This document shows positions 54,765 to 64,000 of a stretch of DNA of 64,000 bases, in pieces. The notes below the pieces were generated by a model. It was not told the DNA's origin and did no database searches. It saw only the letters and a list, made by a program, of their open reading frames with translations. The stretch's first letter is position 1. Each line of letters starts with the position of its first letter. The DNA is from an uncultured Candidatus Saccharibacteria bacterium (GTDB lineage: Bacteria > Patescibacteriota > Minisyncoccia > Phycocordibacterales > CAIRYW01). The position numbers and the translations under genes were made by a program. The stretch covers positions 1,432 through 65,431 of the forward strand of contig CAYUPH010000005.1 in assembly GCA_964446625.1 (NCBI GenBank). The letters are read 5' to 3'.

Positions 54765-55454
54765 CTATATGTTTTTTATTTTTTTAATTTTTTCGAGAAC
54801 AAGGATTGTTGCTATGACGCCAACCCACACGCCTGTAAAAATGATTAGAGGATGCACCCTCTCTGCAATTATAAAACTGTTAAAGAGTGCATGCAATAGG
54901 ACAGCGAGGATAACTCCAGTTGCGATTATGAATTTTCGGAGATTTCCTTTTTTATAAAACACATATCCATAGAAAATTCCGATAAGTGCTGAACAGACTA
55001 CATGGAGGAGTGTTGGTCCGATGAAGCGTAGGTTTGCTGTCACAAAACTATTCATATATTCGTTCTTGTAGAGCGAACCTAAGACAAAAATAAAGTTTTC
55101 AAATGCTGCAAAACCAAGCGCGGTTGAGATAAGGTAGATTGCTGGGTCAATTGGTTCGTCGGTAAATCGCGTGTGAATTGCAGCAATATATGCACCAGCA
55201 AATTTCAAAATTTCTTCTACTGCAGCCCAAATCACAACTATAAGTGGACCCGATTCTCCGAAGAGTCTGCCTGAGAGGTCTTCAAAAAAGAGCGCGACAA
55301 TTGTAATAACCATACCCATTACAAAAGCGCGGAGAATAAGACTTCTTGGTTCTCCGTGTGCGTCCTCTTTTAGCCAAAATTTGAGCCAAAAAAAAGCGGG
55401 TACAATACCACCTACCAGTGCAAAGACAACTCCTATTTGATCAATACCTTCCAC
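54765..55454 (-). CDS. prsW: PrsW-family intramembrane glutamic protease
   Basis: EP, VEEILK, ALGFAAFEN, LLH, LHALFN. Confidence 0.9.
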   Translation of the reverse strand: MEGIDQIGVVFALVGGIVPAFFWLKFWLKEDAHGEPRSLILRAFVMGMVITIVALFFEDLSGRLFGESGPLIVVIWAAVEEILKFAGAYIAAIHTRFTDEPIDPAIYLISTALGFAAFENFIFVLGSLYKNEYMNSFVTANLRFIGPTLLHVVCSALIGIFYGYVFYKKGNLRKFIIATGVILAVLLHALFNSFIIAERVHPLIIFTGVWVGVIATILVLEKIKKIKNI

Positions 55455-55490
55455 GAGTTTATTATACCTCGTTTTTTAAAGCTTCGAAAA

Positions 55491-57650
55491 TTATTTTATC
55501 GGCCACTTTTCAACCATGAGAAGAGAAGTGTGTCCCATGAGCCCCCAAATTTCTTCTGTGACAAATGGCATGAATGGGTGAAGAGTCTTTAGTAATTTAT
55601 CTAAAGTGTGAAGAAGGAATTGCTTTCGAGATTTCTTTTCCTCATCGCTTCCTTCTGCAAAAATCTTTTTACTGTCCTCGATTATTTTATCTGCGAACTC
55701 GTACCAAACATAACTGTAAATTTTTTCTGAAGCTATATGGAACATGTAGGCGTCCATTTCTTTTGTAATTTCTACAAGAAGATTGTGTCGAATACTTCGA
55801 AGCTCAAGGTCTTTTTCGGTATAACTTTCAAAATCCGCTATTAGAGTTTCGTCTTTTGTATTTTCAAGTACAAACCGAGTAATGTTCCAGAGTTTGTTAG
55901 CAAAGTGTTTATAGCCTTTGATTTTGTCCTCTGAAATCTTGCTGTCCGTTCCGGGAGCCGTTCCATAGATAAGAGCCATACGAGCTGCGTCAGCGCCGTA
56001 TTTTTTTGAAATTTCGAGTGGGTCCAGTGCGTTTCCGAGTGACTTACTCATTTTTTCTCCTTTACCGTCTCGTACCATGCCGTGGAGGTATACTTCTTTA
56101 AATGGAACTTCTCCTAGGACATATGTCGACATAAGAATCATACGAGCAACCCAGAAGAACAAAATGTCGTATCCTGTCTCGAGTACGCTTGTGGGGTGGT
56201 ATGTTTTTAAATCTTCTGTTTTTTCTGGCCAACCAAGGGTAGAAAAAGTCCAAAGTCCAGATGAAAACCAAGTGTCTAGTGTGTCGGGGTCTTGCTCGGC
56301 TTCTAATCCTTCCGTCTTTTCTCCAACTGCTACAATTTCTCCGTCTTTGTACCATACGGGAATCCTATGTCCATACCAAATTTGTCTCGAAATACACCAG
56401 TCGCGCAGATTTTCAATCCAATGGAAGTATGTTTTTCCAAAGTATTCGGGAATAATTTTTATGTCCCCAGAAGAAACGGCTTCCTGCATTAGTTCCTTTA
56501 GACTTTTGCCACGAGACTGGATTTTTTTGTTTACAGCAATAAACCATTGAAGTTTTGGAAGCGGTTCGATCACTCCGCCAGTTCGCTCGGCGGTTGAAAC
56601 GTTTTGAGTGATTTCTTTTTCTTCTATCATGAGACCTTTTTCTCGAAGGAACTCTGCAACAACTTCCCTTGCTTCCGTGGTTTTTTTGCCAATGATGCTT
56701 TCATTTCCAATCATCATTTTTGCATATTCGTTTATAACCTGAATAGATGGGAGGCCATGAGTTTCTGCCATTTCTGCGTCAACCATGCTGTGTGCTGGAG
56801 TCACACCAAGTGCACCGGTTCCAAATTCCATTTCTACTTTCTTGTCGGCGATAATTTTAATACAGAGGTCGACTCCACAAAAATCTTTTACTTCAAAGGT
56901 TTTTCCTACGAATTCCTTGTAGCGAGGATCATCAGGGTGTACAGCAACAGCAGTGTCCCCAAGCTTTGTTTCAAGTCTAGTTGTTGCAACGGGGATAGGG
57001 AAGTCCGCAGAGTATTTAAATGTGTAGAGTTTTGCTTTTCGTTCCTCGTATACGATTTCATCATCTGAAATTGTTGTTTGTCCTTTAGGATCCCAGTTAA
57101 CAACTCTGTTCTTTCGGTAAATGAGTCCATCGTTATACATCAATTTAAAAACAGCGTTTACTGCTTTGTTTCGTGCAGTGTCTAGTGTAAAAGCTTCGCG
57201 CGACCAATCACAACTTGCTCCCATTGCTTTGACTTGAGAAACAATCGTATCATGACTGCTTTGTGCAAATTCGCCAACTCTCTTTAAAAGTTCTTCTCGC
57301 CCAAGGTCGTGTCTCGAGAGTCCTTCTTTTTTTGAAATTTCTTTTTCTACTTTTGACTGAGTTGCAATCGCAGCATGGTCAGTTCCAGGTAGCCACAAAG
57401 TTTTAAAGCCTCGCATTCGCTTGTAGCGAATCATAAGATCTTCTGTTGCCAGCATAAGTGCGTGTCCCATGTGGAGGATTCCAGTCACATTCGGTGGGGG
57501 AAGGATAATAGAGAAAGGTTTGGCGTCCTCTGCTGTCACTCCCTTTTCTATACACTGGTCTGGGTTAAAAAAACCGCTTTCTTCCCATTTTTGGTAGATT
57601 CGAGGTTCAGTCTCTTCTGGATTGTAGGGCTTTAAAAACTTGTCATTCAT
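55491..57650 (-). CDS. valS: Valine--tRNA ligase lacking the C-terminal coiled-coil arm
   Basis: PPPNVTGILHMGHA, DWCISRQIWYGHRIP, DTWFSS, KMSKS. Ends LHPFMPFVTEEIW...WPIK*. Confidence 0.97.
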   Translation of the reverse strand: MNDKFLKPYNPEETEPRIYQKWEESGFFNPDQCIEKGVTAEDAKPFSIILPPPNVTGILHMGHALMLATEDLMIRYKRMRGFKTLWLPGTDHAAIATQSKVEKEISKKEGLSRHDLGREELLKRVGEFAQSSHDTIVSQVKAMGASCDWSREAFTLDTARNKAVNAVFKLMYNDGLIYRKNRVVNWDPKGQTTISDDEIVYEERKAKLYTFKYSADFPIPVATTRLETKLGDTAVAVHPDDPRYKEFVGKTFEVKDFCGVDLCIKIIADKKVEMEFGTGALGVTPAHSMVDAEMAETHGLPSIQVINEYAKMMIGNESIIGKKTTEAREVVAEFLREKGLMIEEKEITQNVSTAERTGGVIEPLPKLQWFIAVNKKIQSRGKSLKELMQEAVSSGDIKIIPEYFGKTYFHWIENLRDWCISRQIWYGHRIPVWYKDGEIVAVGEKTEGLEAEQDPDTLDTWFSSGLWTFSTLGWPEKTEDLKTYHPTSVLETGYDILFFWVARMILMSTYVLGEVPFKEVYLHGMVRDGKGEKMSKSLGNALDPLEISKKYGADAARMALIYGTAPGTDSKISEDKIKGYKHFANKLWNITRFVLENTKDETLIADFESYTEKDLELRSIRHNLLVEITKEMDAYMFHIASEKIYSYVWYEFADKIIEDSKKIFAEGSDEEKKSRKQFLLHTLDKLLKTLHPFMPFVTEEIWGLMGHTSLLMVEKWPIK

Positions 57651-57722
57651 AGGGAAAATATAGCATTTTCCTTGTCTTTTTTCAAAAATGGCATTTCACA
57701 CTAAATATTGTACGATGTATGT

Positions 57723-58010
57723 ATGACAACTGCTCCTTTAATAATGCCGGGCATTTTCGTGCGTTTCACTTCAGAGGGTGCAAGATATTTTGACCATACT
57801 TGTTCATATAGCGTTAATCATTCCTTTAGGACTGATTTGGTTATGGAAGTGCAACATATCATGCCAGGTGGATTTATTCTGCTTAGGTATCAAAAAGGTT
57901 TACCTCACTTAAAAGAGCGAAGAACTCTCTCGCCTGTACTTCTAAAAAGGGCAGGTAAAAGATTTCAAAAGAAAAAAAAGTGTCCTAAAGCAAAACTGAG
58001 AAAAAAGTAA
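57723..58010 (+). CDS. Small basic hypothetical protein
   Basis: TACGAT 6 nt before ATG57723; fills the valS-tsaD gap; ends in a terminator-like hairpin. Confidence 0.55.
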   Translation: MTTAPLIMPGIFVRFTSEGARYFDHTCSYSVNHSFRTDLVMEVQHIMPGGFILLRYQKGLPHLKERRTLSPVLLKRAGKRFQKKKKCPKAKLRKK

Positions 58011-58027
58011 ACTCTCAGTTTTTTTTA
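57992..58027 (+). terminator. Terminator-like hairpin overlapping the stop codon
   Basis: aaaactgaga...tctcagtttt followed by a T-run. Confidence 0.55.
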
Positions 58028-58069
58028 TTTATTATTCTTAAATCTTAATTCCTAAATCTTCATTCAGTA

Positions 58070-59197
58070 TTATATCCTTAAATTTCCCTCCGCTTTGATT
58101 TTTGAGAGAGGTTTTGGCTTTGCAAAAAAACCAGCAACTCCAATCATTACCGCGTTGTCTGTCGCAAGATTTTTAGATGAGAGAACAAAGTCTATACCGT
58201 ATGCTTTTGCCAAGTTCTTCAGATTTTTTGCAATGTATTTGTTTGCAGAAACTCCTCCTCCGACAACTAGGCTTTTTACTTTTTTGTTTTTGAGTGCGTT
58301 CTCTGTTTTCCTTACCAAAACATCTTTAACCGCTTCTTCAAACTCGCTTGCGATCTCCCGTTTCTTTTCGTCGTCTAAATGTGTAATTTTTTGTGTCAGA
58401 TAAAGGACGGCGGTTTTTAGTCCTGAAAAAGAAAAATTTAAATCTTTTGAATTTATCATAGGTCGTGGCAGAACAACCTCTTTTGTTACCTCACCTTTTT
58501 TGTGTAGGATTCGAAATTCTTCTGCATTTTTTGCAACAAGTGGGCCGCCTGGGTACGCGAGTCCAAGGATTCTTGCAACTTTGTCATACGCTTCTCCAGC
58601 CGCATCATCTACTGTTTGTCCGAGAGTGGTATAGGAAAGAGGACTTTTTGCTAAAACAATCTCGGTGTGTCCTCCAGAGATGAGGAGCCCTAGAGCAGGG
58701 AATTCGATTTTTTCTCCCTCTGCAAGGGGTGCAAGAAAATGTCCCTTCATGTGATTGACTGGAACAACTGGTACTCCCCACAAAATAGAAAGTGCTTTTG
58801 CAAAATTTATTCCCACCCAAAGTGTTGGTTCAAGTCCGGGCCCGTTTGTAACAGCAATTCGATCAATTTTTGGCTTTCTTAGAGTGTAAACATATTTCTC
58901 AAAAAGCTGAAGAAGCTCGGGTTCGCGTACGAGAGTTTCTTTTATCTTCTTTTGAATATTTTGTGGAACTGGCGTTTTTGTCTTTTCGGTACAGATTTTT
59001 AGGAGAAGGGGAATTAGTTTTTTTTGGTGTTCTTTTTTTGCAACATTCGGAAACACTCCTCCAAACTCTGCGTGGATACTTGCCTGGGAGAAAAGAGTGT
59101 TTTTGAGAACTTTAAATTTTGGATTTTTACCTGCGCTAACGGAAAGAAGGCAAATACCCGTTTCGTCGCATGAAGTTTCGATTGCTAAAATTTTCAT
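58070..59197 (-). CDS. tsaD: tRNA N6-threonylcarbamoyltransferase TsaD
   Basis: ILAIETSCDET, GPGL, NHMKGH, ISGGHT, DDAAGEAYDKVAR, FSFSGLKT, TDNAVMI. Confidence 0.96.
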   Translation of the reverse strand: MKILAIETSCDETGICLLSVSAGKNPKFKVLKNTLFSQASIHAEFGGVFPNVAKKEHQKKLIPLLLKICTEKTKTPVPQNIQKKIKETLVREPELLQLFEKYVYTLRKPKIDRIAVTNGPGLEPTLWVGINFAKALSILWGVPVVPVNHMKGHFLAPLAEGEKIEFPALGLLISGGHTEIVLAKSPLSYTTLGQTVDDAAGEAYDKVARILGLAYPGGPLVAKNAEEFRILHKKGEVTKEVVLPRPMINSKDLNFSFSGLKTAVLYLTQKITHLDDEKKREIASEFEEAVKDVLVRKTENALKNKKVKSLVVGGGVSANKYIAKNLKNLAKAYGIDFVLSSKNLATDNAVMIGVAGFFAKPKPLSKIKAEGNLRI

Positions 59198-59372
59198 GCG
59201 GTTAATATAGCAGAAAAGTAGAAAATGGGGTAGGAGCCTTGTTTTAGGATGATTTTTAGATAATCCACAGAAGCAAATTTTAGTGTATTAAAAAAGTATT
59301 AATTCTGTGTTAAAATCGAAAGAAAATGTTGCACAAATCTTTTATTCAAAATTTTTACCTTCTTTTTTACTA

Positions 59373-62300
59373 ATGAAGAAAGAGAGGAAAAAAACAAGGA
59401 GAATATTTGCAATTATTGCACCGTTATTCTTTGAAAGAGAGAAAGGGATTAGTTTCACAAAAGTGAAAGAAGCTTCTTTTCTTGCCTGCATTTTTGCTTG
59501 TTTTCTGTTTCCATTTGCTTATGCAGGAGATATGCCAAGTGTGCCAAACTCGGATATGTGGGTGACAAACGGTACGGTGTATGCAGTACAAACAGATGGT
59601 TCGACAACATATATTGGTGGAAGCTTCACATATGTGGGGCCAAGGACGGGAAATGGTGCCCCAATCAATATTTCTTCTGGTACAGTTACTTCAGGGTATG
59701 AGAATATAAATGGCGTTGTGAGAGCTGTTGTTTCAGATGGATCAGGAGGTTGGTATATTGGAGGGGATTTTACACGAGTTGGGAGTTTTACAAGAAATAG
59801 AGTTGCTCATATTTTATCAGATGGTTCTGTGGATTCGAGCTTTAATCCGAACTCTGGAGGAGCAGTGTATGCACTGGCTTACGATGCTGGAAATTCATTG
59901 CTCTATATTGGTGGAAATTTTATCACTATGAGTGGCTCGACGAGAAATTATATTGCAGCTGTAAATAGTTCCAATGGATCATTATCATCATGGAACCCAA
60001 ATGCAGGCGGTGCGGTTCTTTCTTTAAGTCTAGATTCAGCAAATTCTCAAATATATGTAGGTGGAAGCTTCACGACAATTGGTGGACAATCTCGAAGTCG
60101 AATCGCAGCTTTGAGTACATCTGCCGGAACAGCAACAGCGTGGAACCCGGGCGCGAATAACTCTGTAAACTCTATTGTTGTTGATTCAAGTAATTCTCTA
60201 ATTTATATTGGTGGGGATTTCACTACTGCGGGAGGGCAAACACGAAATTACATTGCAGCCCTTAATTCTTCGGACGGCACAGCAACATCGTGGAATCCTG
60301 CCAGTGGCAGTACTGTTAATTCTCTTGCATTAGATTCAGCTAATTCTCTTATATATGTGGGAGGAGCGTTTACAACTATTGGTGGTCAAACCCGAAACCG
60401 TATTGCCGCCTTAAGTACGGCAGACGGCACAGCAACTGCGTGGAATCCAAACTCTGGGAGTGCTGTGTATCGTGTTGTTCTAGACTCAACAAACTCTCTT
60501 GTTTATGCGGGTGGAAACTTTACTTCTATTGGTGGTCAGACTAGAAACTATGTCGCTGCACTAAGCACTTCCTCAGGTTCTGCTACTTCGTGGAATCCTA
60601 GCCCGGTTAATACCGTTCGTTCCCTTACACTTGATTTGGCTAACTCACAGATATATGTTGGAGGTGACTTTAGTACAATTGGTGGTTCTACAAGAAATAA
60701 CATTGCAGCACTCAATGCCTCGACTGGTTCTCTTACTTCTTGGAATCCAAATGCTGGTAGTACTGTATATGTTCTTACTTTGGATTCAGCAAATTCTCTT
60801 CTCTACGCTGGTGGTGATTTTACAACTATCGGAGGACAAACACGAAACAGAATCGCAGCATTGAGTACTTCCGCAGGAACAGCAACCGCCTGGAATCCTA
60901 ATGCGGGTAGTACAGTGTATGCGTTCAGTTTAGATAATTCAAATTCACTCATATATGTGGGAGGAAACTTCACAACTATCGGAGGACAAACACGAAACAG
61001 AATCGCAGCATTGAGTACTTCCGCAGGAACAGCAACCGCCTGGAATCCTAATGCAGGTAGTACGGTGTATTCGCTTAGTTTAGATAGATTGAATTCACTC
61101 ATGTATGTTGGAGGAAACTTCACTACTATCGGAGGACAAACACGAAACAGAATCGCTGCCCTTAATACTTCAGATGGAACAGCAACAGCATGGGATGCAA
61201 ATGCGGGAGGCACTGTGTATGCAGTAGCGCTCGATACAGACAATGCAGTCGTGTATGCTGGAGGAGCATTCACAACTATCGGAGGGCAAACTCGAAATCG
61301 ACTTGCTGCTTTGAGTCCTTCAGGGGGGACAGCAACGGCGTGGAATCCGAATGCAAATAGTACAGTATACGTATTGCTTCTTGACTCAAACAATACCGTA
61401 CTCTATGTAGGAGGTGATTTTAGTACGATTGGAGTCCAGACCAGAAATAAGGCTGTAGCATTTAAAACTTCCGATGGAAGTACGAACACATGGGATCCAA
61501 ATATTAATAATACAGTGAGAGCGTTTGGGCTTGATCCAACGAATTCGATTCTGGGCGTAGGAGGAGCGTATACTTCTATGGGAGGTAGTAGTCAGCTTTA
61601 TTTTGCCTCATTTGTAAATACTTTTACGATCACAGCTTCTGCTAGTGCGCATGGTACAATTACTCCCCTCGGTGATACTGTTTTAAATGGTGGAGATGAT
61701 CAATCTTATACTATAACGCCCGAAGCACATTATCACGTGGAAGATGTGCTGGTTGATGGTGTGTCTGTTGGTGCAGTTTCAACATATACATTTAGTAACG
61801 TATCAGCGGACCATACGATTTCTGTAAGTTTTTCAATCGATCAACAAACACTAAGTTATAGTGCGGGTGCCCACGGTTCTATCTCAGGAGATATATCGCA
61901 AACAATTGATTATGGGACCAACGGAACTGCGGTTGAGGCAGTAGCTGACTCAGGCTATCATTTTTCAGATTGGTCTGATTCATCGACTGCCAACCCGAGA
62001 ACTGATACAGGTGTAACCGACGATATATCTGTTACTGCCAATTTTGTAATTGACGCCGACATAATTCCGCCAACGGTTTCAATCACTTCGCCTTCTGATT
62101 CAGGTGTTGTCTCGGGGGTGGTGGCATTTTCGGCCGACGCTTCTGACAATATTTCTATTGAAGGGGTAAAGTTTTATTCGAATTCTGCTCTTATTGAAGA
62201 TGATACATCGTATCCTTATTCAGTATCTCTTGATACAGGCTTGATGAGTGATGGAAATTATACTCTAAGTGCAGTTGCAAGAGATACATCAGGCAACTAT

Positions 62301-63785
62301 GCAACTTCAACGAGTGTATTAATAACAGTAGATAGTACTAGTCCAAATATTTCTTCAATTTCCGTCACTGCATCTGAAACAACTGCTGATATTTCTTGGA
62401 CGACAGATGAACCAGCCGACTCACTTATTGATTTTTCTCCTGTTTCTACTTTTATTGCATCTTCTACACCTGACACGAATTTGGTAACAACACATTCAAT
62501 TAGTCTTTTAGAACTTAACTCATGTACAACTTATTATTATCGTGTGAAATCTGTAGACGAAAACAATAATGTTTCTTTTTCTCCTTCGTCAACATTTACT
62601 ACGACAGGGTGTACAGGAAATGCTGAAATCCTTGATGAGACTAATGGTGCAATCACATCACCCGGCGGGTCTTTGTCTTTGCTTGAGGCTGGCACTGGAG
62701 TATCGCTTACAGTTCCTTCAGCGTTCAAATCCGGAGTTTCTACCGCCTACTTTCAGATTAAACAGTTAGAAAGCCTGGATTTCTTAGCTGTTGTTTCTAC
62801 TCCACCTAATGTATCGCTTGTGTCAGGTTATATATATAACCTTGTATCTTTGCCAACAGCAACATCTTCTCTTACTTTATTTGATAATCCGTTAACAGTA
62901 AGTATAGTGTACGATGATGCTGATGTTGAGTCGTTGGATGAGTCTACGTTTACTATATATCGTTATGATGAGGGTGTATGGACACTGCTTTCTAACTGCT
63001 CTGCACATGAGGACACAAACACTGTGACATGTGAGACGTCTCACTTTTCAGAATTTGGACTTTTTGGTCAAGCTCAGTCAATTGATGTAACACCAGGTTC
63101 TTCTTCTGGCACTATAAGTGAAGGAATTCATTATGGTTGCAAAGACTCTAGTGCTTTGAATTATAATTTCTTTTCAAGGCACAAGCAGGATCTTTGCAAG
63201 TACGCAAATAAGGAGATTTCACAGAGTAAGTATAGTTTCAACAGAGATCTGGAATTAGGCATGGTAGGAGATGATGTGCTTGCACTTCAAAAAGTGTTAA
63301 ACTCTCTCGGATTTATTGTCGCACATTCAGGACCAGGATCACCGGGCAATGAGACAAACCTATTTGGTTCCGCAACAAAGTCTGCGCTTATGAGATATCA
63401 AGCATCCATGAATATTTTTCCTTCTAGAGGCTATTTTGGGCCAATGACACGCACAAGAATACAAGAATCGGCTGTTCAGGATGTGATCCAAGCTACTTTG
63501 AGCACTACCCCAGAATCTTCTGTAGAAACAAGCATAAAATTAAAATCATTTTCAAGAGATCTTTCAATTGGTATGACAGGAGAAGATGTAAGGATGCTTC
63601 AAGTTTTTCTTAATTCGAATGGGTATTTAGTGTCTTTGGCAGGAGTTGGATCGCAAGGACATGAAACAAATTATTTTGGAGAAAATACCAAAAAAGCATT
63701 AATACGATTCCAAACCGCTAGTAGCATTACTCCTGCGTTGGGATATTTTGGAAAAGTGACACGAGATTTTGTTAATTCTAAATAA
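59373..63785 (+). CDS. Giant surface protein: 14 beta-propeller blade repeats, InlB-B-like and Ig-like stalk, Fn3-like domain, HFS-motif domain, two peptidoglycan-binding-like domains
   Basis: 14 copies of Y(I/V/A)GGxF...RNxIAAL...WNPN; GYHFSDWSD; TCETSHFSEFGLFG; two (F)xRDLxxGMxGxDVxxLQxxLN...FGxxTKxALxRxQ units. Start uncertain (59307, 59373 or 59463). Confidence 0.85.
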   Translation: MKKERKKTRRIFAIIAPLFFEREKGISFTKVKEASFLACIFACFLFPFAYAGDMPSVPNSDMWVTNGTVYAVQTDGSTTYIGGSFTYVGPRTGNGAPINISSGTVTSGYENINGVVRAVVSDGSGGWYIGGDFTRVGSFTRNRVAHILSDGSVDSSFNPNSGGAVYALAYDAGNSLLYIGGNFITMSGSTRNYIAAVNSSNGSLSSWNPNAGGAVLSLSLDSANSQIYVGGSFTTIGGQSRSRIAALSTSAGTATAWNPGANNSVNSIVVDSSNSLIYIGGDFTTAGGQTRNYIAALNSSDGTATSWNPASGSTVNSLALDSANSLIYVGGAFTTIGGQTRNRIAALSTADGTATAWNPNSGSAVYRVVLDSTNSLVYAGGNFTSIGGQTRNYVAALSTSSGSATSWNPSPVNTVRSLTLDLANSQIYVGGDFSTIGGSTRNNIAALNASTGSLTSWNPNAGSTVYVLTLDSANSLLYAGGDFTTIGGQTRNRIAALSTSAGTATAWNPNAGSTVYAFSLDNSNSLIYVGGNFTTIGGQTRNRIAALSTSAGTATAWNPNAGSTVYSLSLDRLNSLMYVGGNFTTIGGQTRNRIAALNTSDGTATAWDANAGGTVYAVALDTDNAVVYAGGAFTTIGGQTRNRLAALSPSGGTATAWNPNANSTVYVLLLDSNNTVLYVGGDFSTIGVQTRNKAVAFKTSDGSTNTWDPNINNTVRAFGLDPTNSILGVGGAYTSMGGSSQLYFASFVNTFTITASASAHGTITPLGDTVLNGGDDQSYTITPEAHYHVEDVLVDGVSVGAVSTYTFSNVSADHTISVSFSIDQQTLSYSAGAHGSISGDISQTIDYGTNGTAVEAVADSGYHFSDWSDSSTANPRTDTGVTDDISVTANFVIDADIIPPTVSITSPSDSGVVSGVVAFSADASDNISIEGVKFYSNSALIEDDTSYPYSVSLDTGLMSDGNYTLSAVARDTSGNYATSTSVLITVDSTSPNISSISVTASETTADISWTTDEPADSLIDFSPVSTFIASSTPDTNLVTTHSISLLELNSCTTYYYRVKSVDENNNVSFSPSSTFTTTGCTGNAEILDETNGAITSPGGSLSLLEAGTGVSLTVPSAFKSGVSTAYFQIKQLESLDFLAVVSTPPNVSLVSGYIYNLVSLPTATSSLTLFDNPLTVSIVYDDADVESLDESTFTIYRYDEGVWTLLSNCSAHEDTNTVTCETSHFSEFGLFGQAQSIDVTPGSSSGTISEGIHYGCKDSSALNYNFFSRHKQDLCKYANKEISQSKYSFNRDLELGMVGDDVLALQKVLNSLGFIVAHSGPGSPGNETNLFGSATKSALMRYQASMNIFPSRGYFGPMTRTRIQESAVQDVIQATLSTTPESSVETSIKLKSFSRDLSIGMTGEDVRMLQVFLNSNGYLVSLAGVGSQGHETNYFGENTKKALIRFQTASSITPALGYFGKVTRDFVNSK
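59560..61610 (+). repeat. Tandem 150-bp (50-aa) coding repeat, about 14 units
   Basis: Period of 150 bp; 60822-60904 is identical to 60972-61054. Confidence 0.88.
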
Positions 63786-63854
63786 GAAGAAAAAGGGTAG
63801 GGAAGATGTGTTTTGAAAGAGATTTTAAGGATGGACCTTGGGTAGGGCCTTTGA

Positions 63855-63998
63855 TTACAGGTTAAAATGCTCTTTTATTTGTTGAGCAGCTTCGCTTGCT
63901 GAAATTTCTGTATTGTTTATTCGCAGGTAATTTGGCTCTTTTACTTCGCCTGGATCAGAATTGACTCTGTGTGTGGTGGTAGATTTTTTTATCTCGTT
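63855..63998 (-). CDS. 3' end of a P-loop (shikimate kinase-like/AAA) protein, truncated by the window edge
   Basis: Translated by hand: ...HRVNSDPGEVKEPNYLRINNTEISASEAAQQIKEHFNL*. Confidence 0.6.
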   Translation of the reverse strand, partial: NEIKKSTTTHRVNSDPGEVKEPNYLRINNTEISASEAAQQIKEHFNL

Positions 63999-64000
63999 TT

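Noticed and set aside
59373-59530. Twin-arginine signal (TRRIFA) on the giant surface protein
   Set aside because: The hydrophobic stretch after the RR is short and interrupted by charges. A Sec-type signal from about 59463 fits better, and the start codon is uncertain.
60803-61393. Long antisense ORFs (also 42262-42828, 52801-53301, 56077-56550)
   Set aside because: They are reverse-frame shadows of well-supported genes, with no independent motifs.
59560-61610. CRISPR-like periodic repeats
   Set aside because: The 150-bp period is in-frame coding repetition with no unique spacers and no cas genes.
1-64000. Alternative genetic code (TGA read as Gly or Trp)
   Set aside because: Long conserved genes are intact under code 11, and TGA ends genes at natural boundaries (21658, 43183).

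Overview
64 kb of AT-rich bacterial chromosome read in the standard genetic code (TGA is used as a stop). Gene content and style suggest Patescibacteria/CPR, probably Parcubacteria; this is an inference from the truncated ValRS, archaeal-type Cmk, large cell-wall-anchored surface proteins and few Shine-Dalgarno sites. Most of the window is housekeeping: tatC/tatA, a DEAD-box helicase, rsmG, zwf-gnd, a PIF1 helicase, rnj, secG, lemA-htpX, msrB, murI, rnpB, murJ, lepA, tRNA-Arg, tRNA-Phe, valS and tsaD. I found no integrase, transposase, reverse transcriptase or CRISPR array. The best candidate for an undescribed system is 18873-22761, a dismantled PEP-synthase-like cluster. It has a stand-alone ATP-grasp domain, an RHG histidine-phosphatase-like protein, and two phospho-His swivel-domain proteins whose N-termini are unrelated but whose 110-bp 3' tails are 94% identical. 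No pyruvate-binding domain is present in the window. Other notable signals: two giant surface proteins share an HF|S (GPS/ZU5-like) putative autoproteolysis module before their peptidoglycan-binding tails; one of them carries a 562-bp in-frame direct repeat; a -10 box sits exactly 6 nt before many start codons (leaderless mRNAs); the DEAD-box gene has a two-state RNA leader; and inverted copies of the tRNA 3' end follow both tRNAs. All family assignments come from motifs recognised by eye, not from database searches.
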